Made by a program: the position numbers and the translations under genes. Positions 26,863-37,342 of a DNA stretch of 42,241 nt are shown here, in pieces. Numbering within the stretch: the stretch's first letter is position 1; each line of letters opens with the position of its first letter. A model generated the notes under the pieces. It did not search any database and was not told where the DNA came from. It saw only the letters and a list, made by a program, of their open reading frames with translations. Origin of the DNA: a virus (taxonomy: Duplodnaviria > Caudoviricetes); the IMG/VR virus record IMGVR_UViG_3300037590_000130, positions 1 to 42,241 of that record; one strand, written 5' to 3'.

Positions 26863-29301
26863 ATGGCAGAGAAACGTGTCAGCGTCCGGCTCTCCGCGAC
26901 CGGCGGTCGACAAGTGCGCGCCGAGTTGGAAGGCGTCGGCGAGGCTGGATCGCGCGGGTTCGGCCGTCTCAGTCGTGAAATGGAGCTCGCGAACGCCCGC
27001 ATGGCCGCCTTCGCGCGCCGAGCGCGGATCGCGGCGACCGCTGCCGCAACTGCTTTGGCCGGTGCCGTTGTCGCGATGACCCGCTCAACCGTTGCCGCCG
27101 CCAACGAGATCGGCCAACTCAGCCAGGTGGCTAATGCAAACCCGGAGGTCTTCCAGCGCTGGTCAGCGGCCTCGGCCACCGTCGGCATCGAACAAGAAAA
27201 GCTCGCCGACATCCTGAAGGACGTGAACGACCGCGTGGGCGACTTCCTGCAAACCGGCGGCGGTCCTATGGCGGATTTCTTCGAGAACATCGCGCCAAGA
27301 GTGGGGGTGACGGCGGACCAGTTCGCCAGGCTTTCGGGGCCGGAAGCCCTGCAACTCTATATCGACAGTCTCGAGCGGGCGGGCGTCAGCCAACAGGAGA
27401 TGACCTTCTATCTCGAGGCGATGGCCTCGGATGCGACGCGGCTGATCCCGCTCTTGCAAAACGGCGGTGCAGAGATGACCAGGCTTGGCGCGCAGGCGCA
27501 GGCATTAGGCGCTGTTTTAGATGCGGACGCGATTGCCGCGATGCGCCGGTCCGAACTGGCGCTGGTCAGTATCGGCCAGGTCTTCGCCGGGGTGCGCAAT
27601 CGGATCGCCGTGGCGCTGGCACCCACGCTAGAGGCCGCGGCCAATGCCTTTGTCGCGCTGGCCTCTTCCACCAGCCCGATCAGCCGAGCCTTCGACGCGG
27701 TGCTCGCCAATCTCGACCGGCTCGCGATCTACGCAGGCACCTTTGCCACCTTCCTCGCGGGTCGCTGGGTGGCCGCGACGGCGGCTGCCGCCCTGTCGGT
27801 GCGGGGTTTGGCTACAACGCTCGTGGTCCTGAAAGGCGCGTTGATCCGCACCGGAATCGGTGCGCTGATCGTGGGCGCAGGCGAACTGGTCTACTGGTTC
27901 AGCCGGTTGGCGTCTGGCGCAGGCGGCTTCGGTGAAGCCATGCGGCTCTTGAAAGATGTCGCTGTCGAGGTCTGGGAACGGACCAAAATGGGGGCCAACG
28001 CGGCCGGGTCGCGTGCCACAGCCATGTTTTATGATCTCAAAGCCGATGCGGCGACCGGCATGGCTGGAGCCATCGAGAGTGTGGTCGCCTTTGGCAACAC
28101 CACCGCCAACACCTTCGAGGGCGCGCTTTTGGCCGTGCGCGAAATCTGGTCGCGCCTACCGGATGTGATCGGGGATCTGGTCTTCTCGGCGGCCAACCGC
28201 ATGCTCGACGGGATCGAGGCCATGCTGAACGGCGCAATTCGCCGAATTGACGCCTTCACCGGGCGCATTCGGGATGCGTTGGCGGCGGTTGGCATCGAAA
28301 CCACCTTTGGTCAGATCGGCGAAATCAGCCTCGGCGACATTGCTAATCCTTTTGCTGGCGCCTCAGCCGATGCGGGAACGGCTGCAGCAGAGGCGTTTCG
28401 GCGAGCCTTTGGAGATAATCCGCTCACAGCTCCCGATCTTGGCCTTGATGGCATTGCAGCGGATGCACTGGAAACAGCCAATATTTACCGGCATGCCGCC
28501 ACAGACCTTGCGAATGGAGCGACAGCCCCACTCACCTCCTGGGGCGCACTTCGCGATGCCGTTGCGGGCACCGGTGAAGACGGCGCGGCGGCACTGGATG
28601 AGGCCACGGCCTCCGCGGATCGGCTATCGGACGCCATGGGGCGTGCCGGTGGTGCGGCAGGAAGTGCCGGAGATCGGATCGCCACCGGGTGGCGTGCAGT
28701 CTCAGAATCTCTTCAGGCTTATGCCACCGACGCCCTGAACTGGGGCAAAGGCCTCGGCGAAACCCTGACCGGTGCTTTCAGTGGCGCAGAAAGCGCCTTT
28801 CGGAGCTTCGTCGAGACCGGCAAGTTCGACTTCAAGAGCCTCGTGCGCTCAATCCTGGCGGACCTGGCTGTCCTGTCGTTCAAGCGTGCAGTGCTCGGGC
28901 CCATCGCCTCGGCGCTCTCCGGCATCTTTGGCGGCGGTTCCGTCGCGGCGGCTGTCTCGCATGCGGGCGGCATCGTTGGGCTGTCCGGACATCGCCGCTC
29001 GGTGCCGGCAATGGCCTTCGCTGGTGCTCCCCGGATGCATTCTGGCGGTTGGGCCGGTCTGCGCCCTGACGAAGTTCCGACGATACTGCAGCGCGGGGAA
29101 CGGGTGCTGAACCGACGCGAGGCGGCGAGTTACGGACAAGGCAGCACTGGTTCGGGCGTCACCGTGAACATCGACGCACGCGGGGCGCAAATGGGCGTGG
29201 CCGAGCAGATCGATGCGCGCCTTCGCGCGGCCATTCCGGAAATCGCCCGCATCGCAAAAGAAAGCGTGGCCGATGGCCGACGCCGGGGTCAGGTGATTTA
29301 A
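26863..29301 (+). CDS. Tail tape measure protein
   Basis: Ala-rich, helical ~812 aa after the G/T chaperones; lambda-type C-terminal region. Confidence 0.92.
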   Translation: MAEKRVSVRLSATGGRQVRAELEGVGEAGSRGFGRLSREMELANARMAAFARRARIAATAAATALAGAVVAMTRSTVAAANEIGQLSQVANANPEVFQRWSAASATVGIEQEKLADILKDVNDRVGDFLQTGGGPMADFFENIAPRVGVTADQFARLSGPEALQLYIDSLERAGVSQQEMTFYLEAMASDATRLIPLLQNGGAEMTRLGAQAQALGAVLDADAIAAMRRSELALVSIGQVFAGVRNRIAVALAPTLEAAANAFVALASSTSPISRAFDAVLANLDRLAIYAGTFATFLAGRWVAATAAAALSVRGLATTLVVLKGALIRTGIGALIVGAGELVYWFSRLASGAGGFGEAMRLLKDVAVEVWERTKMGANAAGSRATAMFYDLKADAATGMAGAIESVVAFGNTTANTFEGALLAVREIWSRLPDVIGDLVFSAANRMLDGIEAMLNGAIRRIDAFTGRIRDALAAVGIETTFGQIGEISLGDIANPFAGASADAGTAAAEAFRRAFGDNPLTAPDLGLDGIAADALETANIYRHAATDLANGATAPLTSWGALRDAVAGTGEDGAAALDEATASADRLSDAMGRAGGAAGSAGDRIATGWRAVSESLQAYATDALNWGKGLGETLTGAFSGAESAFRSFVETGKFDFKSLVRSILADLAVLSFKRAVLGPIASALSGIFGGGSVAAAVSHAGGIVGLSGHRRSVPAMAFAGAPRMHSGGWAGLRPDEVPTILQRGERVLNRREAASYGQGSTGSGVTVNIDARGAQMGVAEQIDARLRAAIPEIARIAKESVADGRRRGQVI

Positions 29302-29305
29302 AATC

Positions 29306-29893
29306 ATGGCCATTCCTGTCTTGCCCCTAACGCTCGTGTCTTCGCTCGAGCGGCGGCTGGTCACATCAGTCGCCGAGGCGCGCTCGCCGTTCACCGGCAC
29401 GTCGCAAATCCAGGATTGGGGCGCCTCCTGGTGGGAGTATCAGATCGATATGGCGGTGACCCAAGGAGCGAAGGCTCGGCGGCTTTCAGCCTTCTTCACC
29501 GCGCTTGGTGGATTGCGGGGCCGGTTCCTCTTCCCCGATCCATCGATCGAGGTACCGTTGGCGGCGGGCAATCCTTACGTGACTGAGGCGCAAGTCGCAG
29601 GGGCATCCACCCTTCGCACGGCAGGTTGGGGACTTGGGCTGCGCGCGGGGGATTTCTTCCAGCTGGGGTCGGAGGCCGGCACGCGGCTTTACCAGATCAC
29701 GTCGGATGTTACGCCCGTAGGCAGTGAGGCCACGCTCGCCTTTGTGCCGCTGCTCAGGGCCTCGGTTCCGGTCGGTACGCTGCTCGGCCTTGATGCCCCG
29801 TCTGTTCTATTGCGCCTGACGGCCCCAGTGCCCTCGGTCATCAGCCGTGCGGATCAGCACCGTTTCACGATTTCCGCCCGCGAAGCCCTTTAA
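29306..29893 (+). CDS. Distal tail protein-like
   Basis: Directly after the tape measure; SPFTG...LGGLRGRFLFPDP. Confidence 0.65.
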   Translation: MAIPVLPLTLVSSLERRLVTSVAEARSPFTGTSQIQDWGASWWEYQIDMAVTQGAKARRLSAFFTALGGLRGRFLFPDPSIEVPLAAGNPYVTEAQVAGASTLRTAGWGLGLRAGDFFQLGSEAGTRLYQITSDVTPVGSEATLAFVPLLRASVPVGTLLGLDAPSVLLRLTAPVPSVISRADQHRFTISAREAL

Positions 29894-29909
29894 CCAGAGA
29901 GGTGCTCTG

Positions 29910-30470
29910 ATGAGCCGCGATTTGACCCTCGCCTTCGCCACTGCGCTGGCTGATCAAAGCCTGCGGCCTGTCATCTTCTTCGAGGGCCAGTTCGCCACGG
30001 GTTGGGTGCGGATCTGGTCAGGTCTTGGAGAGGTCAGCTGGAATGGGGAGAACTGGGCCGGCGCTGGATCGCTTTTGGGTCTCGGCTCCCTCGACGAAAC
30101 CGGCGAGGTCGTGGCAGGCGGCACGGCCGTCTCGCTGTCCGGCGTGCCGCTGGATCTCGTGCAGATGGCGATCGAAGAAGCACGCCAGGGTCTGCCGGGC
30201 CGGATCTGGTTGGGGCTTTTGGCCGAGAATGGCAGCATCATCGCCGATCCCGTTCAGGCCTTTTCTGGTCGCCTCGATGTCCCTGAAATCAAGGACGACG
30301 CAGACACCTGCACGATCACCATCAGCTATGAGAGCCGTCTCATCGACCTGACCGTGGCGCGGACCTGGCGCTACACCCATGAAAGCCAGCAGGTCCTATT
30401 TCCCGGCGATCTCGGGTTCGAATACGTCACCGCGATCCAGGATCGGGAAATCACCTGGGGACGTGGATAG
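29910..30470 (+). CDS. Tail tip/baseplate hub protein
   Basis: Position; ends DLGFEYVTAIQDREITWG. Confidence 0.65.
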   Translation: MSRDLTLAFATALADQSLRPVIFFEGQFATGWVRIWSGLGEVSWNGENWAGAGSLLGLGSLDETGEVVAGGTAVSLSGVPLDLVQMAIEEARQGLPGRIWLGLLAENGSIIADPVQAFSGRLDVPEIKDDADTCTITISYESRLIDLTVARTWRYTHESQQVLFPGDLGFEYVTAIQDREITWGRG

Positions 30471-30472
30471 AA

Positions 30473-30880
30473 ATGGCACGCGTTGATCACTGGGAACGCC
30501 TGCTTGCATCGGCGATCGATACCGCACGCGTGCGTCCTTTCGTTTGGGGCGTCCATGACTGCCCGACCTTTGCGTTTGAAACGCGTATGATCCTGACCGG
30601 CGGTGAGGACATCGCGGCCCTCTGGCGCGGGCGCTACACAACCGCGCTCGGCGGCGAGCGCGTGATGCGCCGCTTGGGCTGGGCCTCGCTCGAGGAAATG
30701 GGGCGCTCCCTTTTGGGCGAACCGCGCCCGTCTGTCCTTCTTGCTGGGCGCGGCGACATCGTTTTGGCCGACACTGGCCTCGGCTTCGGCATTTGCACCG
30801 GGGCTTCGGCAGTTGGGATAGCCCCCGAAGGCCTCGTGACTGTACCGCTCACCTCTTGCCGGCTTGCCTGGCCCATCTGA
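30473..30880 (+). CDS. NlpC/P60-like tail assembly protein (DUF6950-like)
   Basis: PFVWGVHDC motif, GDIVL; gpK-like position. Confidence 0.7.
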   Translation: MARVDHWERLLASAIDTARVRPFVWGVHDCPTFAFETRMILTGGEDIAALWRGRYTTALGGERVMRRLGWASLEEMGRSLLGEPRPSVLLAGRGDIVLADTGLGFGICTGASAVGIAPEGLVTVPLTSCRLAWPI

Positions 30881-30895
30881 ACACGGATCCAATCC

Positions 30896-33442
30896 ATGCC
30901 CTTCATCGTGACAGCCGTCACCGCGATCGCGGGGGCGATCAGCGGCGTATTGGCTGCAGGCGGCATTGGTGCCGCACTTCTGCGGATTGGCGGGACGCTT
31001 CTGCTGTCCTACGCGGCGCAGGCCCTGATGCCAAAGCCGCAGACCACGATGCAGCCGCGCACCGTGACGATCCGCGAGCCCGTGGTGCCGCGCGACCTCG
31101 TCTATGGCCGCACCCGCAAGGGCGGGGTCATCGTCTTCCTGCATTCCTCGGGGTCGGACAACAAATACCTCGATCTGGTGATCGTACTGGCCACGCATCG
31201 GGTCAAATCCATTGGGGCGATCTATTTTGAGGGCGAAGTGGCTGTTGATGCCGCTGGGACCGCGCAGGGCCGCTGGGCCGGAAACGTTGTCGTCGAGAAG
31301 AAACTCGGCGCTGCAAATCAGACGGCCTTCGCGGGCCTGAAGGCAGCGCTGCCGGACAAGTGGACCGAGAACCATCGGCTGCGGGGCTGTGCCGCGATCC
31401 GGCTGCGGTTGACCTATGACCAGGATGCCTTCCCGGGCGGGATCCCGAACATCACGGTCGATCTCGAGGGCAAGGACGACATCTGGGACCCGCGGACGCA
31501 AACCGCAGTCTATTCGGAAAACCCCGCCCTTTGCCTTGCCGATTACATGGCCAACCCGACCTGGGGCATCGGCGCGCGGATCGGGCAGCCCGACGGGATT
31601 GACGAGATGTCTTTGGTCGAGGCGGCGAACATATGCGACGAGACTGTCGCGCTGGCCGGTGGCGGGTTCGAGCCGCGCTATGCCTGTAATGGGGTGATCA
31701 TCCTCTCGGAGGTCCCGAAGACGATCATCGAGGGGATGCTCTCGTCCTTCGCCGGGCGTTGCGCCTTCTCAGGTGGAGCCTGGCGCATCCATGCAGGCGC
31801 TTGGCGTGCGCCCGATGTGGCGCTTACCTCGGACCATGTCCGCGAAGGTGGGCTGACCTTGGCGACGCGCGTGACGATGTCGTCAAACTTCAACGGCGTG
31901 CGCGGCCAGTTCGTAAGCCCCGAGAACGACTGGCAGCCAGATGACTTCCCGGCCTATTCGAGCGCTGTCTATGTGGCCCAGGACGGTGGCGAACAAAAGT
32001 GGCGCGATATCTCGCTGCCGTTCACGATCTCGGCGTCGATGGCGCAGCGGCTGGCAAAGATCGAGCTCGAACGCGCACGTCGCCAGATGACGGTCCGGCT
32101 GTCGGGCAAGCTTTCCGCCTGGGCGGCCACCGTCGGCGATGTGGTGACGCTGTCCTTTGCGCGCTGGGGCTTTGCGGCGAAGCCCTTCGAGGTGCATGGG
32201 GTGAGCCTTGATTTGACAGCCTCGGACGATGGCGCGCTTTTGTTGCCTGAGCTGGTGCTCCGCGAGACTTCGCCCTTGGTCTATGACTGGTCGGCGTCCG
32301 AGCAGCAGATCTATGCGGCCGCCCCACGAACAGCGCTGCCGAATGCCTATGACATCCCGGCACCCGGCGCGCCGCAGGTCAGCGAGGACCTCTACATCAC
32401 GCGGGATGGGGGCGGGCTGAAGGTTCTGGCCAAGATTAGCTGGGAAGCAGCCCCATCCGGGTTTGTCGCGGCCTATCAGCTGCAAGGTAAACTTGCTGGT
32501 GCGGCCGACTGGATCGACTATGGCCGCACCGACGGCACCGCGCTCGAAATCCGCGACATCGCGCCGGGGGCTTGGGTTTTCCGGGTCAAGGCGATCTCGG
32601 TTCTGGGCGTCTCCTCGCCTTGGCAGGAAACCCAAGCCGAAATCCTTGGGCTGACGGCACCACCAGCGCAGCTCGAGAATGTGACCCTGCAAACGGCGGG
32701 TGGGCTTGCGATCCTCAAATGGACGCGCTCTGCCGATCCTGACGTGCGGGTCGGCGGCAATATCGTAATCCGGCACTCGAAGGAAGCGACGGCCACCTGG
32801 GCCGACAGCTATTCGATGGACCGGGTCTCGGGCGGCGAGGCCATCGCCGTCGTGCCGCTGAAACCTGGTACCTATCTGGTCCGGGCTGAAGACAGCGGCG
32901 GCCGTGCTGGCCCTGAAACCCGGGTCTCGACCAAGGGCGCGCAAGTGCTGGCCTTCTCGACCTTGGACTTTCTGCAAGCCGATCCTGGTTTTGTCGGCCC
33001 AAAATCCGGGCTGCAGGTCACGGGTGCGAACCTGACACTCGCCACCGCGACCACGAATGGCGTAACCCAAGTGACGGCAATGGACGGCGAATACGCTTTC
33101 GCCACCGGTCTCGACCTTGGAGCTGTTAAACGTGTCCGCCTGCGCTCGGAAATCGGCGTGGCGGCATTGGCACTCAACGATCGGATCGACGCGCGCACCG
33201 CCTTGATGGACACGTGGGCTGACTTCGACGGCTCGGCCGGCGCAGAAATCGACGTACTCTTTGAGATCCGCGAGACCGATGATGATCCGACTGCATCGCC
33301 GAACTGGGGCCCCTGGGGTCGTCTCGACAACCATGAAATCGAAGCCCGCGCGGTAGAGGCGCGGGCGTTTCTCACGACGAAGGATGCGTCCTACACGCCC
33401 ATCGTCAGCCAATTGCGGCTTTACGCCGATGAGGTCGCTTAA
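30896..33442 (+). CDS. Central tail tip / host-specificity protein (gpJ-like) with FN3-like domains
   Basis: VYGRTRKGG, NPALCLADY, FN3-like WVFRVKAISVLGVSSPW. Confidence 0.85.
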   Translation: MPFIVTAVTAIAGAISGVLAAGGIGAALLRIGGTLLLSYAAQALMPKPQTTMQPRTVTIREPVVPRDLVYGRTRKGGVIVFLHSSGSDNKYLDLVIVLATHRVKSIGAIYFEGEVAVDAAGTAQGRWAGNVVVEKKLGAANQTAFAGLKAALPDKWTENHRLRGCAAIRLRLTYDQDAFPGGIPNITVDLEGKDDIWDPRTQTAVYSENPALCLADYMANPTWGIGARIGQPDGIDEMSLVEAANICDETVALAGGGFEPRYACNGVIILSEVPKTIIEGMLSSFAGRCAFSGGAWRIHAGAWRAPDVALTSDHVREGGLTLATRVTMSSNFNGVRGQFVSPENDWQPDDFPAYSSAVYVAQDGGEQKWRDISLPFTISASMAQRLAKIELERARRQMTVRLSGKLSAWAATVGDVVTLSFARWGFAAKPFEVHGVSLDLTASDDGALLLPELVLRETSPLVYDWSASEQQIYAAAPRTALPNAYDIPAPGAPQVSEDLYITRDGGGLKVLAKISWEAAPSGFVAAYQLQGKLAGAADWIDYGRTDGTALEIRDIAPGAWVFRVKAISVLGVSSPWQETQAEILGLTAPPAQLENVTLQTAGGLAILKWTRSADPDVRVGGNIVIRHSKEATATWADSYSMDRVSGGEAIAVVPLKPGTYLVRAEDSGGRAGPETRVSTKGAQVLAFSTLDFLQADPGFVGPKSGLQVTGANLTLATATTNGVTQVTAMDGEYAFATGLDLGAVKRVRLRSEIGVAALALNDRIDARTALMDTWADFDGSAGAEIDVLFEIRETDDDPTASPNWGPWGRLDNHEIEARAVEARAFLTTKDASYTPIVSQLRLYADEVA

Positions 33443-34098
33443 TGCCCCAGACATCCAGCTTCGTGATTGCGAACGACGCAGGCGCGGCCGTTCGGTCGCG
33501 CATCAATGAGGTGATTGCGGCGCTGCAATCGACGAGTGCGGGGGCCTCGGCGCCAACAGCGACGACGGCGGGCATGCTCTGGGCCGACACCTCGGTCTCA
33601 CCGCCTGTGCTGCGCCGACGAAACGCCACCAACACAGGCTGGGATGCGCTGCTCGATGCGGCAGGCAATCTGGCCGGGCTCGCGAACACTGCTGTAGCTC
33701 GCACGAACCTTGGCCTCGGGACCATGGCCACGAAATCCGCCGCCGACTACGACGCGGCGATCGCGGCGAAGGCTGCGCTCGCTGGCGCGACCTTCACCGG
33801 CGTCGTCACCGCCCCGAACTTCGTCTCGTCGTCAGATGCACGGTTGAAGTCGGAGGTGGAGACCATCGTCGATGCGCTGGCCTTGGTTAGCGCTTTGCGC
33901 GGCGTGCGCTTCACCATGGATGGCAGCCGCCAGATCGGCGTCATCGCCCAGGAGGTCGAGCCGGTCTTGCCCGAAGTGGTGCGGGACAACGAGGCGGGTC
34001 AGCTCTCCGTCGCTTACGGCAACATCACCGGTCTTCTGATCGAGGCCGTCAAGGAACTGGCCGCCCGGGTGGCGGCGCTTGAGGAGGCACGCCCATGA
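33442..34098 (+). CDS. Short tail fibre with peptidase S74 intramolecular chaperone
   Basis: SSDARLK cleavage motif, GVIAQEVE, VAYGNITGLLIEAVKEL. Confidence 0.88.
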   Translation: MPQTSSFVIANDAGAAVRSRINEVIAALQSTSAGASAPTATTAGMLWADTSVSPPVLRRRNATNTGWDALLDAAGNLAGLANTAVARTNLGLGTMATKSAADYDAAIAAKAALAGATFTGVVTAPNFVSSSDARLKSEVETIVDALALVSALRGVRFTMDGSRQIGVIAQEVEPVLPEVVRDNEAGQLSVAYGNITGLLIEAVKELAARVAALEEARP

Positions 34099-34406
34099 AT
34101 GACGGTGGGTTCATCGACATGATCAACTCGTTCTTCGGTGGGGCGGTGACCACACTGATCGGTGCCTTCACCGGCCGGCTGATGTGGCATTCGGGGGAGG
34201 TGAAGCTCGGCAATAGACGCTTCTTCGGCAAAGAACTCCTCTGGGAAATCCCCGTCGCCGTCGGCATGGCGCTGATCGGGGAGGCAGCGGCACGCTATAT
34301 CAGCCTGTCGCAGCCCGTCTCGACCGGGTTCGTGGCAACGCTCGCATACCTGGGCCCTCGTGGGGCAGAAGCTCTGCTGGCCGCCTGGCTATGCCGCAAG
34401 AAATAA
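34095..34406 (+). CDS. Phage holin
   Basis: 103 aa with several hydrophobic segments, AYLGPRG, basic C-terminus, precedes the endolysin. Confidence 0.8.
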   Translation: MNDGGFIDMINSFFGGAVTTLIGAFTGRLMWHSGEVKLGNRRFFGKELLWEIPVAVGMALIGEAAARYISLSQPVSTGFVATLAYLGPRGAEALLAAWLCRKK

Positions 34407-34433
34407 CCCGCCCAACACACACAGAAATCCTGC

Positions 34434-34463
34434 GCGCCGTCCCATTTGGGGCGGCGTTTTTTT
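34434..34463 (+). terminator. Rho-independent terminator between holin and endolysin
   Basis: GCGCCGTCCCA-tt-TGGGGCGGCG followed by seven T. Confidence 0.75.
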
Positions 34464-34478
34464 GTACGGGAGACAACC

Positions 34479-35411
34479 ATGACGCCGTTCGATATCGCCC
34501 GCAACTACATCGGCACAACCGAGGGGCCGGGTCCCGCCGACAATCCCATCATCATGGAGATGTACGCCTCGGTCGGTCACGACTGGGTTGAACATGACTC
34601 TGTGGCCTGGTGCGCTGCATTCGTCGGGCACTGCCTCGAGAGGGCCGGGATCCGCTCGACCCGTAAGCTGACCGCGCGCTCTTATCTCGACTGGGGTGTG
34701 CCGGTGGAGGTTGCCGACGCCCAGCGGGGCGACATCGGCGTGATCCCCCGCGGCTCGTCCAGCTGGCAGGGCCATGTCTTCTTCATCGACCGGATCGAGG
34801 GACAATGGCTCTGGGGCCTGGGCGGCAACCAAGACGACGCCGTCAATATGAAGCGCTACCCGGTCTCGAAGCTCCTCGGGGTGCGGCGCGCGGGCGATGT
34901 CGCACCTGCTGTGACGCTCTCGGTGGCGGCTGTCCAGCGACGGTTGAAAGCCCTCGGCTATCACGAAGTCGGCCAAATAGATGGAAAGGTTGGCCCACGC
35001 ACCCGCGCTGCCATTCTGGCCTTCCGGCAGGACAACGACCTGGCCCTCGCACCGATCATCGATGTGGTGCTGACTGAGGCACTGGACAGAGCGTCATCTC
35101 GGGAAATCGCACCGGAGAGGGCATCTGGCGCGCCTGCACAAAGCCGGATCCTGACGGCTGCCAATGCGCAGATCGGTCTCGGCGTGATTGGCGCGGCGGG
35201 ATCGATCGGCAGTCAGATTGCACCAGCGTTGGTCGAAGCTGAACAGGCGCGCGATGTGGCCGGACGCGTGTTCACCTTGATCGGGCTGGAGGAGTGGCTC
35301 TCCGTCTCCCTGCCATGGATCGGCGCGGCGGTGTTCATTGGCGTGGTGATTTATGCGCTGCGCACGAAGGCGGCCCGGATCGACGATCACCGCACGGGGA
35401 AAACGCCATGA
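34479..35411 (+). CDS. Endolysin: TIGR02594-like (NlpC/P60/CHAP) domain + PG-binding domain + C-terminal TM segments
   Basis: AWCAAFV, GHVFF, LGGNQ; VQRRLKALGY...DGKVGPRTRAAILAFR; hydrophobic C-terminus. Confidence 0.88.
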   Translation: MTPFDIARNYIGTTEGPGPADNPIIMEMYASVGHDWVEHDSVAWCAAFVGHCLERAGIRSTRKLTARSYLDWGVPVEVADAQRGDIGVIPRGSSSWQGHVFFIDRIEGQWLWGLGGNQDDAVNMKRYPVSKLLGVRRAGDVAPAVTLSVAAVQRRLKALGYHEVGQIDGKVGPRTRAAILAFRQDNDLALAPIIDVVLTEALDRASSREIAPERASGAPAQSRILTAANAQIGLGVIGAAGSIGSQIAPALVEAEQARDVAGRVFTLIGLEEWLSVSLPWIGAAVFIGVVIYALRTKAARIDDHRTGKTP

Positions 35412-35665
35412 CCCTCATCTTGACCTCGCTGCTTTCCAGCCTTGGGCGGCGCTTTGCCTATTGGGGCGCGATTGTTGCGGCCATGGGCATCGCCATCTGG
35501 CTCCTGATCCGCCGGGGCCGGCTTGCCGCAGAGGCCGAGCTCGCCATCCGCCGCGCCGACGCCCGGGTCCGGGCACTGCAATCATCCAAGGACATCCGCC
35601 ATGAGGTTCAGAATACTGACCGCGCTGAGCTTGACCGTCGGGCTGACCGCTGGATGCGCGATTGA
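35408..35665 (+). CDS. Inner-membrane spanin (Rz-like)
   Basis: N-terminal TM followed by a coiled coil; ATGA overlap with the endolysin. Confidence 0.75.
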   Translation: MTLILTSLLSSLGRRFAYWGAIVAAMGIAIWLLIRRGRLAAEAELAIRRADARVRALQSSKDIRHEVQNTDRAELDRRADRWMRD

Positions 35666-35804
35666 TCCGCGAGGCTTGCGGGACGACTGCGATTGGGCCG
35701 AGCCTATTCGCCCCTCGCGCCAGGACCTGCTGAGCGATGAAACTCTGGCCCAGATCGTTGCCCATAACGAAGTCGGCGCGCGGCTCTGTGGGTGGCAACC
35801 ATGA
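35601..35804 (+). CDS. Outer-membrane lipoprotein spanin (Rz1-like)
   Basis: Signal MRFRILTALSLTVGLTAG-C lipobox; overlaps the i-spanin in another frame. Confidence 0.75.
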   Translation: MRFRILTALSLTVGLTAGCAIDPRGLRDDCDWAEPIRPSRQDLLSDETLAQIVAHNEVGARLCGWQP

Positions 35805-36154
35805 CGATCGCCACTTTGAGCGAAGGTCCGGCGATCCTCGTTGGCTATGCTTGGCGACTGCAGATTGAGGCCGAGGCACCCGTCTTTGCCGAGGCCGCGA
35901 GCTATGCCGGCCATCTGCGCCTCAAACCCAGTGATCCGACGCTACTGGCAGAACTCTCAAGCGCTGATGGCGGGATAGAGCACATCACAGCAACTGTATT
36001 GGAACTGTCTCTGACACCGTCCCAAACCGCCGTGCTCACGCCGGGGCGCGTGGTGCTGGATTTGGTGCGCACTGATCTCGAGCCAGACCTACACTTGGGC
36101 TTCCTTCTCGAAATCCCCGTGATGTTGCCGGTGACGCGAGGGCTGAGCCCATGA
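35801..36154 (+). CDS. Putative fibre adaptor (beta-sandwich, BppU-like)
   Basis: LELSLTPSQTAVL...VLDLVRTD...PVTR pattern; ATGA coupling; precedes fibre genes. Confidence 0.5.
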   Translation: MTIATLSEGPAILVGYAWRLQIEAEAPVFAEAASYAGHLRLKPSDPTLLAELSSADGGIEHITATVLELSLTPSQTAVLTPGRVVLDLVRTDLEPDLHLGFLLEIPVMLPVTRGLSP

Positions 36155-36357
36155 GTGAAGCGATCCGGCAAACAGGCCCGATCACCATCACCGCGCCGAT
36201 CAAGGTGCGTGTTGTAAACGGGCCATTCCGTATTCGGCTTGGCGGCCAGCCAGGCCCGCAGGGGGCGACGGGCCCACAAGGCGACAAGGGCGATCAAGGT
36301 GATCCGGGCATCACGATCCTGCCCACCGACGCCCCTATCAATGGAGGATTTTTCTGA
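36151..36357 (+). CDS. Short collagen-like protein ending INGGFF
   Basis: Seven G-X-Y triplets ([22 protein letters not shown]); ATGA/TGATG coupling. Confidence 0.75.
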   Translation: MSEAIRQTGPITITAPIKVRVVNGPFRIRLGGQPGPQGATGPQGDKGDQGDPGITILPTDAPINGGFF

Positions 36358-37340
36358 TGGCCAATACGATCCAGCTCAAACGCCGCGTCTCGGGCGTGGC
36401 GGGTGCGCCCGCAGCACTGAAATCAGGCGAGCTTGCCCACAACGAGGTCGACAACACGGTCTATGTCGGCAAGGGCGACGACGGCAGCGGCAATGCAACC
36501 TCCATCGTCCCCATAGCCGGGAGTGGCGGCTTTCTGGCGCTGGTGGGCACGCAGACAGTTGGTGGGGCCAAAACCTTCTCTCTCGTGCCAAAATCTGGAC
36601 AAGATGCCAGCAGCGGGACCGATCTTGTTCGCAAGTCGCAGGTCGACAGTCTGCTATCGGCGAAAGCCCCCTTGGCGTCACCCACCTTCACGGGATCGCC
36701 CACGGCTCCAACGGCGGTCGCGGGCACGGACTCGACACAGATTGCAACGACGGCCTTCGTCAATCAGGCCATTACCGGCTTTGGCGCCGGCGACATGGCA
36801 AAATCCACCTATGACACCGACAATGATGGCAAGGTTAATGCCGCGGAAGTTGCGGATACCGCTCCCTGGGCCGGGATCACTGGCAAGCCCACAAGCTTTA
36901 CGCCTTCCAGCCACAGCCATTCGATCGCGCAAGTCACGGGTCTGCAAACTGCGCTCGATGCAAAGGCACCTCTCGCATCGCCGGCTCTAACAGGATCGCC
37001 GACGGCGCCCACGGCAACGGCCGGTACGAACACAACGCAGATTGCGACAACAGCCTTTGTGGCTGCCGCCATCGGTGCGCTTATTGATGCCGCTCCCGGC
37101 GCCATGGATACGCTGAACGAGTTGGCTGCAGCGCTGGGCGATGATCCGAACTTTGCGACCACGGTCACGAATGCGCTGGCAGGCAAGCTCTCCGCAGCAT
37201 CGAACCTGTCCGACCTCCCCAATAAAGCAACGTCGCGGTCGAACCTCGGACTGGGGTCCATGGCCACGCAAGCCTCCAGCAATGTCGCGATCACCGGGGG
37301 GTCGATCAACGGGATCACCCTTGATGGTGGGACATTCTGA
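36357..37340 (+). CDS. Tail fibre protein with fibre repeats
   Basis: Two [27 protein letters not shown] repeats, [32 protein letters not shown]; ends LDGGTF. Confidence 0.88.
   Translation: MANTIQLKRRVSGVAGAPAALKSGELAHNEVDNTVYVGKGDDGSGNATSIVPIAGSGGFLALVGTQTVGGAKTFSLVPKSGQDASSGTDLVRKSQVDSLLSAKAPLASPTFTGSPTAPTAVAGTDSTQIATTAFVNQAITGFGAGDMAKSTYDTDNDGKVNAAEVADTAPWAGITGKPTSFTPSSHSHSIAQVTGLQTALDAKAPLASPALTGSPTAPTATAGTNTTQIATTAFVAAAIGALIDAAPGAMDTLNELAAALGDDPNFATTVTNALAGKLSAASNLSDLPNKATSRSNLGLGSMATQASSNVAITGGSINGITLDGGTF
36660..37061 (+). repeat. Duplicated 34-aa fibre repeat, 300-nt period
   Basis: Copies start at 36660 and 36960. Confidence 0.85.
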
Positions 37341-37342
37341 TC

